NCBI GenBank assembly: GCA_030603345.1
Contig: JAUVXZ010000002.1
Coordinates: 1-46,859 of the forward strand
DNA: 46,859 nucleotides
Source of the DNA: Pseudomonadota bacterium
GTDB lineage: Bacteria > Desulfobacterota > DSM-4660 > Desulfatiglandales > B25-G16
Direction: 5' to 3'
How positions within the stretch are numbered: position 1 is the stretch's first letter; every line of letters begins with the position of its first letter. The notes beneath the pieces are model-generated. The model searched no databases. It was not told the DNA's origin and saw only the letters and a program-made list of their open reading frames with translations. Shown piece after piece: positions 1-8,667 of this stretch. The position numbers were made by a program, and so were the translations under genes.

Positions 1-1
1 C

Positions 2-862
2 AAGGTACTGTTCTTGGGCTCTGGTTCTGGCGTCTCCCTGAGAGAGGAACAGGGGCACCGGTACTTCTTCGGGACAAGTGCCAACACGACAATGATTGCC
101 AAGGCACAGGCTCTCAACATCAAGCGAAAAGGGTACAAAAGAGTCTGGTTTATCGGACCAGACTATGCCTATGGCCATCAGGGAGTTAAAGGCTCAAAGC
201 GTTACCTATCTGAGCTGATCCCCGGAGTGAAATACCTCGGCGAGAGCTGGCCGCCTTTGGGAGAGAAGGATTTTGGTCCCTTCATTGCCGGGATTAGCCG
301 AGCTAAGCCAGATGTCGTTTTTAGCTGGCTTTTTGGCGGGGACCAGGGCGCTTTTGTGAAACAGGCGAATTCTTTCGGCTTGTTCAAAACTACTCAATAT
401 GCTGCAGATTTTGGTCCTGAAAGTCTCAGGCCGCTGGGACTAGTGGTACCGGAGGGCTTGCTGGGGATTTCTTGGTACGAGTTCTTAGTTCCTGACACCC
501 CGGAGAATAAGAGGTTTGCTGAGAAATTCAAAGCTAAATACGGGGACTACCCATCGCGGGAAGGCATGCACTACTACAATGCGGTACACCTTTTGGCACT
601 TGCCATCGAAAAAGCTGGCACTACAGAGACCGAAGCGGTGATCGATGCCCTCGAGAAGGTACATTTCAAGTCTCCTGTGGGTGACCTCTACTTCAGGCAA
701 ATTGACCACCAGATTTCATTGCCCATGGTCGCAGGTGAAACCATGAAGGTGTCCGGACTTGACTATCTTGTGGTGGCAAAAGATGCTGTGGTCTTGCCAG
801 CTGAGGAACTGTGGCATAGCGAGGCTGAGGTGAGAGCAAAGCGGAAGGCAGCGAAAAAGTGA
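2..862 (+). CDS. ABC transporter substrate-binding protein, Leu/Ile/Val-binding (LivJ/K-like) family; 5' end cut by the window edge
   Basis: The frame stays open back to nt 2, so the M at 14 in the ORF track is an internal TTG. It lies directly upstream of LivH/M/G/F-type genes on the same strand. The sequence looks like a type-I periplasmic binding fold ('WFIGPDYAYGH', 'YYNAVHLLALAIEKAG'). Confidence 0.75.
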   Translation, partial: KVLFLGSGSGVSLREEQGHRYFFGTSANTTMIAKAQALNIKRKGYKRVWFIGPDYAYGHQGVKGSKRYLSELIPGVKYLGESWPPLGEKDFGPFIAGISRAKPDVVFSWLFGGDQGAFVKQANSFGLFKTTQYAADFGPESLRPLGLVVPEGLLGISWYEFLVPDTPENKRFAEKFKAKYGDYPSREGMHYYNAVHLLALAIEKAGTTETEAVIDALEKVHFKSPVGDLYFRQIDHQISLPMVAGETMKVSGLDYLVVAKDAVVLPAEELWHSEAEVRAKRKAAKK

Positions 863-981
863 TAGCCAGGAAGAAGGGTCTTCTGCCAGAAATAAACCTG
901 ATACAAGTGTAGTGGGCGAGGTTATGCTCGGGAAGGGGTAGTTTTTGCTCACCAGAAAGATAGCTATGGGGAGGTAAGGCC

Positions 982-1848
982 ATGGGTCTGGATGCGATAT
1001 TATTTCAGGTTCTGACTGGTGTGGGAAAGGGAATGAATCTGTTTTTGCTCGCCTCAGGATTGAGTTTGATTTACGGTGTCCTCAATGTGGTAAACTTTGC
1101 CCATGCCACCTTCTACCTGATAGCAGCTTATATCTGTTATACGATCACTGGCCTCTTCCCCAACGGCTATTGGCTGGCCCTCATTTTGGCTCCTATAGGA
1201 GCTGCCTTGCTTGGTGGTATTTGTGAGAGACTCTTCAGCCGTCTTTATGACAAGGAGCACTATACCCAGATTATGTTAGCATGGGGACTGATCCTTGTTT
1301 TCGGGGACTTGATGAAGCTAACCTGGGGCAGTGAGGGGAAAATGGTGCCAACCCCTGATGTCCTGGCTGGAGGGGTTCCCTTGCTTGGCGGGAATTTTCC
1401 TATCACTTACATATTTGTTATCGGTGTTGCGGCCGCCATCGGCATCGCTCTCTACGTGGTGCTGTATAGGACCAAGGTGGGAATAGATGTCCGGGCGGCT
1501 GCAGCGGACGCTGAAATGACAAGCGCCCTTGGTGTACCCGTTGACAAGCTATATATTATCGTGTTTATGGTCGCATGCTGGCTAGCCGGAGTGGGTGGAG
1601 TTATTGCCACACTGCTATCACCCATCTATTTGGGCGGCGACTTAGAGATTATCCTAGCCGCCTTTATCATAGTTATCATAGGAGGTATGGGTAGCATCCT
1701 GGGTTCTTTAGTAGGCAGCCTAATTTATGGCGTGGTATTTGCGTTGGGGATTTTGGTTCTCCCAAGGTTTGCCCTTGTGTTCCTTTACATTCTTATGGTG
1801 CTGGTCTTGATTTTCCGCCCTTATGGCTTGCTTGGCAGACCGCGCTGA
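982..1848 (+). CDS. livH: Branched-chain amino acid-type ABC transporter permease (LivH-like)
   Basis: 288-aa polytopic hydrophobic protein. A GGAGG sits 7 nt upstream of the ATG. The N-terminus 'GLSLIYGVLNVVNFAHA' and C-terminus 'FRPYGLLG' are typical of the LivH family. Confidence 0.85.
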   Translation: MGLDAILFQVLTGVGKGMNLFLLASGLSLIYGVLNVVNFAHATFYLIAAYICYTITGLFPNGYWLALILAPIGAALLGGICERLFSRLYDKEHYTQIMLAWGLILVFGDLMKLTWGSEGKMVPTPDVLAGGVPLLGGNFPITYIFVIGVAAAIGIALYVVLYRTKVGIDVRAAAADAEMTSALGVPVDKLYIIVFMVACWLAGVGGVIATLLSPIYLGGDLEIILAAFIIVIIGGMGSILGSLVGSLIYGVVFALGILVLPRFALVFLYILMVLVLIFRPYGLLGRPR

Positions 1849-1855
1849 AGGGAGT

Positions 1856-2830
1856 ATGAGATTGACGAGTTTACCTCAAAGATTTGCTAGCCGAGGGAGG
1901 TACTGGCTAGTGATTTTGGGCTTGGCTGTTATTGTTGTTTTACCCTTTGTCGTGGGAATTTCCTGGGTACTCTTGGTCACGGAGTTGGCCATACTGGTCC
2001 TCTATGCTATGGCCTACAATCTGACCATGGGCGTGACTGGGATGCTTTCCTTTGGGCATGGTGGTTTGTTTGGAGCTGGAGCCTATATACTAGTCATTGC
2101 CATGATAAAAGGCGACATTGCAATGCCTTACGCCTTGCTGGCGGCACCTATCCTCACAGCACTTATTACATTTGTGATCGGCTGGTTGTGTGTTCGCCTC
2201 ACCGGTATATATTTTGCCATCCTTACCCTTGCCTTTGGCCAGCTAATCTGGGCCACCATATGGAAAATGCGCACCATTACGGGTGGCGATGACGGTCTTA
2301 CGGGGTTACAAATCCCTTCTGTCATGGCCTCACCCACGAACCAATATTTTTGTATCTTGGCAATTGTGATGTTGGCTGTCCTATCAATAAAGATTATAGT
2401 CGATTCACCTTTTGGCTTTACCTTGAAAACGATTCGGGAGAATCAAACAAGAGCACAGTGCATCGGCATCAACGTAAAAAGGTATCAGCTTCTGGCATTC
2501 ACAGCATCCGGTTTGTTCACTGGGCTAGCAGGTGCTCTCTTTGCTATTCTCATGCGAGGTGCTTTTGTCGAGTTTGCAACAGTAGCCAGGGCTTTTGAAC
2601 CATTATTTGCCGGCATTCTCGGTGGAATGCACGTGTTCTGGGGCCCTGCCTTTGGAGCAGGCATGCTATTATCACTGGACACATTCATCGGCGCATATAC
2701 CGAATACTGGCCTCTTGTTGCTGGTGGCACCCTTATACTACTGGTACTATTTCTGCCGGAAGGCATAATTGGTCGCATTGCATCGATCCGAAAAGCGCGG
2801 GCGCAAAGACTAAATCAGTCATCGGCATAA
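1856..2830 (+). CDS. livM: Branched-chain amino acid-type ABC transporter permease (LivM-like)
   Basis: Hydrophobic multi-TM protein with 'GMLSFGHGGLFGAGAY', characteristic of LivM. I prefer the ATG at 1856 (after GAAGGGAG) over the track start at 1823, which lies inside the livH 3' end and has no SD. Confidence 0.8.
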   Translation: MRLTSLPQRFASRGRYWLVILGLAVIVVLPFVVGISWVLLVTELAILVLYAMAYNLTMGVTGMLSFGHGGLFGAGAYILVIAMIKGDIAMPYALLAAPILTALITFVIGWLCVRLTGIYFAILTLAFGQLIWATIWKMRTITGGDDGLTGLQIPSVMASPTNQYFCILAIVMLAVLSIKIIVDSPFGFTLKTIRENQTRAQCIGINVKRYQLLAFTASGLFTGLAGALFAILMRGAFVEFATVARAFEPLFAGILGGMHVFWGPAFGAGMLLSLDTFIGAYTEYWPLVAGGTLILLVLFLPEGIIGRIASIRKARAQRLNQSSA

Positions 2831-2941
2831 CATAGAATCAACCGATTCCAAGCTATAGCAAGCGGCCATGGGGCGTAGTGCAAGGGGGGCAGCCACCTAA
2901 CTGAAGATGACTTTGTTGATTGAAGTAGGAGAGGTGTCCGT

Positions 2942-3709
2942 TTGGATCTCGATATTCTAAAAGTCAAGTCCTTAAGCAAGGCCTTCGGCAAGCTACAAGC
3001 TGTGGATCGTGTAAGCTTCACGGTTCAACCGGGCGTGGTGAAGTCGGTAATAGGCCCCAACGGTGCTGGTAAGACAACATTATTTAATCTCATTACGGGC
3101 TATCTACGAGCTGACACAGGAGAGATCACCTTTAAGGGTATGAATATTACTAATTTACCACCTCATGAACTCAACCGAAAAGGGCTGGCTAGGTCCTTCC
3201 AGATAGTAAATATTTTCCCTCGATTCACTGTTTTCGAAAATGTTCAGGCAGCGGTAATATCTCGTATGGGGAAAAGTTCAAGTATTGTCACCTCAGCCAA
3301 GAATGTAGGGCGGGAGGAGGCATTTCAAATTCTGGACAGGGTGGGACTTTCTGAGCAGGCCGGCTATATAGCTGGCACTCTCTCCCACGGAGACCAAAGA
3401 ATAATGGAGATAGCCATCGCTTTGGGCGGCAGACCAGAACTATTGCTTCTGGATGAGCCCACCGCCGGCATGGCGCCTGAAGAAACGTACGCTACCGTGG
3501 CACTGATAAAAAGATTAGTCAGTGAATTTGGCCTCAGTATTCTCGTTGTTGAACACGATATGGATGTTGTTTTCTCTATATCTGAGACTATTGTGGTATT
3601 GCACCAAGGTGGAATGCTGGCTCAGGGTAAGCCAGAAGAGGTAAGGCAAAATGAAATGGTGCAAAGAGTCTACCTTGGAGAAGAGATTACGAGGGAGAAA
3701 GGACAATAA
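2942..3709 (+). CDS. livG: ABC transporter ATP-binding protein (LivG-like)
   Basis: Walker A 'GPNGAGKTT', signature 'LSHGDQR', Walker B 'LLLLDEP'. TTG start 7 nt after AGGAGAGG. Confidence 0.9.
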   Translation: MDLDILKVKSLSKAFGKLQAVDRVSFTVQPGVVKSVIGPNGAGKTTLFNLITGYLRADTGEITFKGMNITNLPPHELNRKGLARSFQIVNIFPRFTVFENVQAAVISRMGKSSSIVTSAKNVGREEAFQILDRVGLSEQAGYIAGTLSHGDQRIMEIAIALGGRPELLLLDEPTAGMAPEETYATVALIKRLVSEFGLSILVVEHDMDVVFSISETIVVLHQGGMLAQGKPEEVRQNEMVQRVYLGEEITREKGQ

Positions 3710-3725
3710 TGGGAGTAAAGACGAT

Positions 3726-4436
3726 ATGGGTTTGGAAGCCACCTTGGAAGTGTGGGAAATTAACACGTTTTACGCATTGAGCCATGTCCTTTTTAAAGTC
3801 TCCCTGCGCGTCCAAAAGGGGGAGCTAGTTTGCTTACTGGGCAGAAATGGTGCCGGCAAGACGACCACGCTGAGAAGCATTATTGGACTAACGCCACCCC
3901 GGTCGGGAAATATCAGGTTTAATGGACGGGAGCTAGTGGGCAAACGCCCGTACCAAATTGTCCGTATGGGTATGGGCTATGTCCCGGGTGACAGAAGAAT
4001 CTTCCCGGACCTTACAGTGCGGGAAAATCTGGAGGTAGGCAGAAGGCTTAGAGGTACTGCAGCAGAGTGGACACTGGAAAGGGTCTACGAGCTTTTTCCT
4101 TCTTTAAAAAAGCTAGATAAGCAGCTGGGTAATCATCTAAGCGGCGGGGAACAACAGATGCTTGCCATAGCCCGGTCGCTGATAGGGAGCCCGGAACTGC
4201 TGCTTCTTGATGAACCTTCGGAAGGGCTTGCCCCCTTATTAGTGAAGGTTTTGGAAGATCAGGTACTGAAGTTACGCGAAGAAGGGATAAGCATTTTGCT
4301 TGCTGAGCAAAATGTGAAGTCTGCGCTGAGGGTGAGTGATCGGGGATATATTATAGACAAGGGGAGAATCTTTTTTCAAGGGACAGCAAAGGATTTGAGA
4401 GAAAACGAGGAGGCGAGGAGACATCTGATAGTGTGA
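3726..4436 (+). CDS. livF: ABC transporter ATP-binding protein (LivF-like)
   Basis: Walker A 'GRNGAGKTT', signature 'LSGGEQQM', Walker B 'LLLLDEP'. The internal ATG at 3726 (after GGGAG) avoids overlapping livG by 59 nt, as the track start would. Confidence 0.9.
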   Translation: MGLEATLEVWEINTFYALSHVLFKVSLRVQKGELVCLLGRNGAGKTTTLRSIIGLTPPRSGNIRFNGRELVGKRPYQIVRMGMGYVPGDRRIFPDLTVRENLEVGRRLRGTAAEWTLERVYELFPSLKKLDKQLGNHLSGGEQQMLAIARSLIGSPELLLLDEPSEGLAPLLVKVLEDQVLKLREEGISILLAEQNVKSALRVSDRGYIIDKGRIFFQGTAKDLRENEEARRHLIV

Positions 4437-4598
4437 GATTTGAGAAGAACGGTTGTAATAGGGTAAAACGAGTTTCCAGATCTCTGAATAATGGGTCCTG
4501 GGTTGGGCAGATAGTAGAGGAGATCTGAATTCTGACAAGGGAAAAGCTATGATTGCCTCGAGCAATGCCGGACGTATGGCAGAGAGGATCAGTTAGCT

Positions 4599-4883
4599 AT
4601 GTGTTATCTCAGGGTTGATAATGAGAAGTGCGTTGGCTGCAAAACATGTGAAGTGGCATGCTCATATCATCACGAGAAGATTTTCAGTCCGAGGATAGCA
4701 AGCTTGGAGATTCGTAGGGAGGACAACGAAGTAGGGGTATCTATTATATTCTTTGAACACATGACGAGTGAAGAAAGGGGAAAACGCCTTCCCTGCGACC
4801 TTTGCAAAGGGGAGGCGTTGCCTTTGTGCGTAAAATACTGCCCGGTAGAAGCCATCACGGTACAAGAAGCAGGGTGTGGCTGA
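4599..4883 (+). CDS. Small 4Fe-4S ferredoxin-like protein, probable electron partner of the downstream AOR
   Basis: 94 aa with 'CVGCKTCEVAC' and 'CDLCKGEALPLCVKYCP'. Its TGA stop overlaps the next gene's ATG (TGATG at 4881-4885), suggesting translational coupling. Confidence 0.7.
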   Translation: MCYLRVDNEKCVGCKTCEVACSYHHEKIFSPRIASLEIRREDNEVGVSIIFFEHMTSEERGKRLPCDLCKGEALPLCVKYCPVEAITVQEAGCG

Positions 4884-6817
4884 TGAAAGAAAAACATTTC
4901 TCCTTGGGCGGAGAAATCCTGCGGGTTGACTTGACCTCGGGAGAGATTTGGACAGAGCCAACAGCAAAATATTCTGCAAAGCTCCTTGGTGGTAGAGGAG
5001 TAGATGAATGGATTCTGTACCATGAAGTCAAGCCTGCGGTGACTCCCTTTGATCCTGCCAATAGGCTGATATTTGGCACTGGAGTTTTGGTCGGGACGCT
5101 GGCACCGTGTGCCACTCGCCATAGCATAGAAGCCAAGAGCCCAGTAACTGGTGGGATTGGCTCAGGCAATTCCTGTGGTTTCTTTTCACCGGAGTTAAAG
5201 TTTGCTGGATATGATCATATAGTATTTCAAGGAAAATCGAGAGCACCCGTCTATTTATGGATAGACGATCAGCACGTGGAGATAAGGGACGCGTCGCACA
5301 TTTGGGGAAAGACAACTTGGGATACAGATGGCCTTATAAAAGAAGACATAGGGGATAAGCGTATTCAAATTGCTTGTATAGGACCCGGAGGCGAAAATCT
5401 GGTGAAGAGCGCATGCATAATAGCAAACCGGGCTCGGGCTGTAGGCAGATGTGGGCTTGGCGCGGTAATGGGCTCAAAGAACCTCAAGGCTGTGGCAGTC
5501 AGAGGTTCGGGGTCAATTGAGGTTGCACACCCTAATCGATTCATGGAAGAGGTGGACAAGGCTTGGGAGCGAGTGAGGGCGTCCCCCCGAGCTGATTCGC
5601 TCAGAACTTTCGGGACCTATGGTCGGGCACTTGCGTTAAACGAAGCATGTCTCTCGCCTGTGCGAAATTTCCAAGCCGATTTTTGGGATCCCCAAAAGCT
5701 GAAGAAAGCAACGCCAGATTTCTACAAAAATGAGTACGAGGTGAAGAGGCAGGGTTATTTTGCCTGCCCTCTTTACTGTAGTCACGTTTATCGTATCGAG
5801 CGTGGACCCTATGCTGGACTGGTATGCGAGGGCTTTGAATTCAATGATGTGTGGAATTTCCTGAATAGACTTGACATAGACTACCCACCAGCAGTCATAA
5901 AGCTGCATTCGTTATGTAACGAATATGGTTTGGACCAGGATAGCTCTTCATGCACTATTGCATGGGCTTTTGAGTGCTACCAGAGAGGAATCATTGCGGA
6001 GAAAGATACAGATGGTTTGAAGCTCGAATGGGGCGACCACTCAGTTGTAGTTGAACTTCTCAGGAAGATGGCCTATCGGGAAGGAATTGGGGAGATTCTT
6101 GCCGAAGGCTCAAAAAGGGCTTCAGAGTTAGTTGGCAAGGGCTCTGAAAAGTATGTCATTTGCTTGAAGGGCCAGGATTCTATGGAAGCAATGAGAGCGG
6201 CCAAGGGCTGGGCACTGGGCTGTTGTGTCTCTCCCAGAGGGGGAACACACACTCGGGGCGCAAATCTCGTTGAACTTTCACATGAGATTATTCCCCCTGA
6301 GGTTGCTCAGAAAGTGTGGGGAATCCCCAAAGTCGAGGGTCCCCTGTCTTATGAAAACAAGGCCAAGCTAGTAGTGTATTATGAAAGATTGCAAGCGATA
6401 CTAGACAGTTTAGGCGTTTGCATGTTTACCAGCACCTGGTGGTCGCCAGACCTGTTAGGCCCTGAAGAATATGCTCGCATCTATTCAGCCGCTACGGGTC
6501 GGGAAATAAGCGGAGAAGAACTCATGATAGTGGGCGAACGAATTCACAATGTTGAGAAGGCATTCAATACGCTCCACGCAAGCTTCGGCCGCGAGGATGA
6601 CTATCCACCCACAAGGTTTCTGGAAGAGCCCATAAGTTCTGGACCTTTAGAAGGAGAGCGCCTGCTTGCAGATAAATGGGGACAGATGCTCAACGAGTAT
6701 TATGAGCTGCATGGATGGGATAAGGAGACAGGCTGGCAAACTAGGAGGTGCCTAGAGGATCTGCAGCTTGGTGAAATAGCTGACGAACTTCAAGTGACCG
6801 GAAGGCTTATCAGCTAA
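4883..6817 (+). CDS. aor: Aldehyde:ferredoxin oxidoreductase family (tungstopterin) enzyme
   Basis: About 644 aa. The AOR N-domain look includes 'ILRVDLTSGEI', 'LLGGRGVDEWILY', 'GPGGENLVKSACI' and 'RCGLGAVMGSKNLKAVAVRG'. I place the start at the internal ATG at 4883, which is coupled to the ferredoxin stop. Confidence 0.85.
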   Translation: MKEKHFSLGGEILRVDLTSGEIWTEPTAKYSAKLLGGRGVDEWILYHEVKPAVTPFDPANRLIFGTGVLVGTLAPCATRHSIEAKSPVTGGIGSGNSCGFFSPELKFAGYDHIVFQGKSRAPVYLWIDDQHVEIRDASHIWGKTTWDTDGLIKEDIGDKRIQIACIGPGGENLVKSACIIANRARAVGRCGLGAVMGSKNLKAVAVRGSGSIEVAHPNRFMEEVDKAWERVRASPRADSLRTFGTYGRALALNEACLSPVRNFQADFWDPQKLKKATPDFYKNEYEVKRQGYFACPLYCSHVYRIERGPYAGLVCEGFEFNDVWNFLNRLDIDYPPAVIKLHSLCNEYGLDQDSSSCTIAWAFECYQRGIIAEKDTDGLKLEWGDHSVVVELLRKMAYREGIGEILAEGSKRASELVGKGSEKYVICLKGQDSMEAMRAAKGWALGCCVSPRGGTHTRGANLVELSHEIIPPEVAQKVWGIPKVEGPLSYENKAKLVVYYERLQAILDSLGVCMFTSTWWSPDLLGPEEYARIYSAATGREISGEELMIVGERIHNVEKAFNTLHASFGREDDYPPTRFLEEPISSGPLEGERLLADKWGQMLNEYYELHGWDKETGWQTRRCLEDLQLGEIADELQVTGRLIS

Positions 6818-6907
6818 AAATCATTACTTGCCTACGCGGATCAGCGGCGAATGTAACAGCACACTACCAACGTAGAACAGTTTTTGTTGTGAATCACAGA
6901 CCTGTTG

Positions 6908-6943
6908 AGTACGTATCGGTTTTGTATCGAGCCGATAAGTACT
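6908..6943 (+). terminator. Near-perfect 12-bp inverted repeat: candidate terminator after aor, or operator before the first PrpD-like gene
   Basis: AGTACGTATCGG-(12 nt)-CCGATAAGTACT, with 11 of 12 arm positions complementary. It lies about 90 nt after the aor stop and about 150 nt before the next start. No clear T-tract follows. Confidence 0.3.
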
Positions 6944-7094
6944 TCTATACAGTTAACTTGAAGCGAAAAAGATCAAATAATTCTGTGGGATGGGGACCAG
7001 TTTAGTGGGAGGAAGGATTCGCCCGATAATTGCGGCACAGAGAGTTGTACATCCAACCTAGCCCTTCGAAAGTGAATTGAGGAGGCGTTGGACA

Positions 7095-8486
7095 ATGAGT
7101 ATAGCACGAGAGCTCGCAAAGAGCGCAAACAGCTTGATCTTTGAAGATGTACCATCCGATGTGATCCACCAGACAAAACGCCTTGTGCTTGACACGCTTG
7201 GCTGCGCTATAGGCGGCTATAGGAGTGAGGCGAGTAGGATCATTCAGGAAGTCGTGAAAGAATTAGGTCATTCTGAGGAGGCAACAGTTTTCGGCAGCGG
7301 GCTGAGAACATCGTGCCTGAACGCCGCACTGGCTAATGGTGCCATGGTTCGCTACCTCGACTACAATGATACCGCCTTTATGATCCAGGGGGAGACCTAC
7401 AGAACCGGCTACCACCCCAGTGAGGTCATTCCCCCGATACTAGCGTTGGGCGAACGGCAACATTTGCCAGGAAAGAGCATCATAACAGCTATTAATTTGG
7501 GCTACGACCTATCGCTGGCCTTCCTGGAAGGTGTCATCGGCACGGGGATGGAGAAGAGGGGGTGGAATGGTGATACGAGGGGTGCATTTATAATGCCTCT
7601 CGTAGCCGGTAAAATCCTCGGCCTTGCTGAGGAGCAGATGGAAAGCGCAGTGGGCATAGCGGGTAGTTGCCATGCCGTGTTGGGCATCCTCGATACCCCA
7701 GCAGAAGAATATACTATGACGAAGAACATACGGTTCCCTATGGTGTCTTATGGGGGAATCTTGGCGGCCATGCTTGCCCAAAAGGGATTCACCGGTCCCG
7801 CCAGCATAATAGAGGGGCACGATGGCTTTGTTGAAGTCATCATGGGTGGAGACTATGATGTTGAAAGGCTATTAGGATTTAAGGGTAAGTTTGCTATCCG
7901 CGAGACCTGTATCAAGTCAATTATCGCTGACTTTTCCTCTCACGGTCATTTGACAGCGACGCTGACCCTTGCACGGGAACACGACATAAAGCCCGAGGAC
8001 GTTATCGAAGTCAGGATTACCACAAGCAAACGGTGTGCTGAGCACACTGGTGATCCGGTAAAAAAGTACCCAAAAAACAAGGAGACAGCTGACCATAGTT
8101 CCTATTACCTCACTGCCATTGCCATAATAGACCGCGAAATAGGGCCGGACCAATTCACCCCTGAAAAGTATAATGACCCTAAAGTGCGAGAACTCATTGA
8201 TAAGGTCGTCCTCCAAGGTGATCCCAAATTAGATAAATTTCGACCCGCTGGTATTTCGGAAATCATCACTAAGCAAGGCAAGAAGTATAGTCTTCGGGTG
8301 GACCATCCTAGAGGACACGCCCGCAATCCCATGACGGATGAAGAAGTTGTGGACAAATTCAAAAGCATGGCTTCAAAGTGCATGAGTGAAGACCATGTGG
8401 ATCAAGTCATCGACACCGTTTTTACTTTAGATAAGCTGGACGACATTGGAAAACTTAATAGGCTTATGGCCTTTAGAGACAGTTGA
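7095..8486 (+). CDS. MmgE/PrpD family protein, paralogue 1 (2-methylcitrate-dehydratase-like subtype)
   Basis: About 463 aa from the ATG at 7095 (GAGGAGG upstream). N-terminus 'FEDVPSDVIHQTKRLVLDTLGCAIGG', 'YLDYNDTAF', and C-domain 'KETADHSSYY'. Confidence 0.85.
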   Translation: MSIARELAKSANSLIFEDVPSDVIHQTKRLVLDTLGCAIGGYRSEASRIIQEVVKELGHSEEATVFGSGLRTSCLNAALANGAMVRYLDYNDTAFMIQGETYRTGYHPSEVIPPILALGERQHLPGKSIITAINLGYDLSLAFLEGVIGTGMEKRGWNGDTRGAFIMPLVAGKILGLAEEQMESAVGIAGSCHAVLGILDTPAEEYTMTKNIRFPMVSYGGILAAMLAQKGFTGPASIIEGHDGFVEVIMGGDYDVERLLGFKGKFAIRETCIKSIIADFSSHGHLTATLTLAREHDIKPEDVIEVRITTSKRCAEHTGDPVKKYPKNKETADHSSYYLTAIAIIDREIGPDQFTPEKYNDPKVRELIDKVVLQGDPKLDKFRPAGISEIITKQGKKYSLRVDHPRGHARNPMTDEEVVDKFKSMASKCMSEDHVDQVIDTVFTLDKLDDIGKLNRLMAFRDS

Positions 8487-8575
8487 AACAGATAGGCTGA
8501 GGTTCACCATTCGCTGGCATGAGCTTGCAAAGTAAGAGGTAATTGACACAGGTGTTTGATATAAGAATTTCGTTT

Positions 8576-8601
8576 AAGACAAAGTTTGTCTAACTTGTCT
8601 T
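8576..8601. promoter_or_regulatory. Palindromic AGACAAA-G-TTTGTCT plus an extra AACTTGTCTT arm, upstream of the CoA-ligase genes; candidate operator or weak hairpin
   Basis: There is a perfect 7-bp-arm palindrome at 8577-8591. The following AACTTGTCTT can pair with AAGACAA(A)GTT. The site is 67 nt upstream of the ATG at 8668. Confidence 0.2.
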
Positions 8602-8667
8602 TTGATTCGGCTGAGCTGCCGCTTACCACCCAGCTTCCGAATTGTTGAAATACTACGGAGATCACAT

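Noticed and set aside
6888-6898. Palindrome TGTGA-A-TCACA, resembling CRP/FNR half-sites.
   Set aside because: CRP/FNR sites need a 6-bp (CRP) or 4-bp (FNR) spacer between half-sites. A 1-bp spacer is incompatible with that, so I take this to be coincidental.
7031-7048. Sigma54-like element 'TGCGGCACAGAGAGTTGTAC' upstream of PrpD paralogue 1.
   Set aside because: The GG-to-GC spacing is off by one nucleotide and the -12 element reads TTGT rather than TTGC. No enhancer-binding-protein gene is present in the window.
8577-8591. Recurring AGAC..GTCT-type palindromes in intergenic DNA as a shared operator: 8577-8591 AGACAAAGTTTGTCT, 30002-30010 AGACTGTCT and 40942-40951 AGACATGTCT.
   Set aside because: The arms are only 4-7 bp with different spacers, and one copy abuts a stop codon. 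Such short palindromes are expected by chance in 47 kb. I list only the longest one as a low-confidence regulatory feature.
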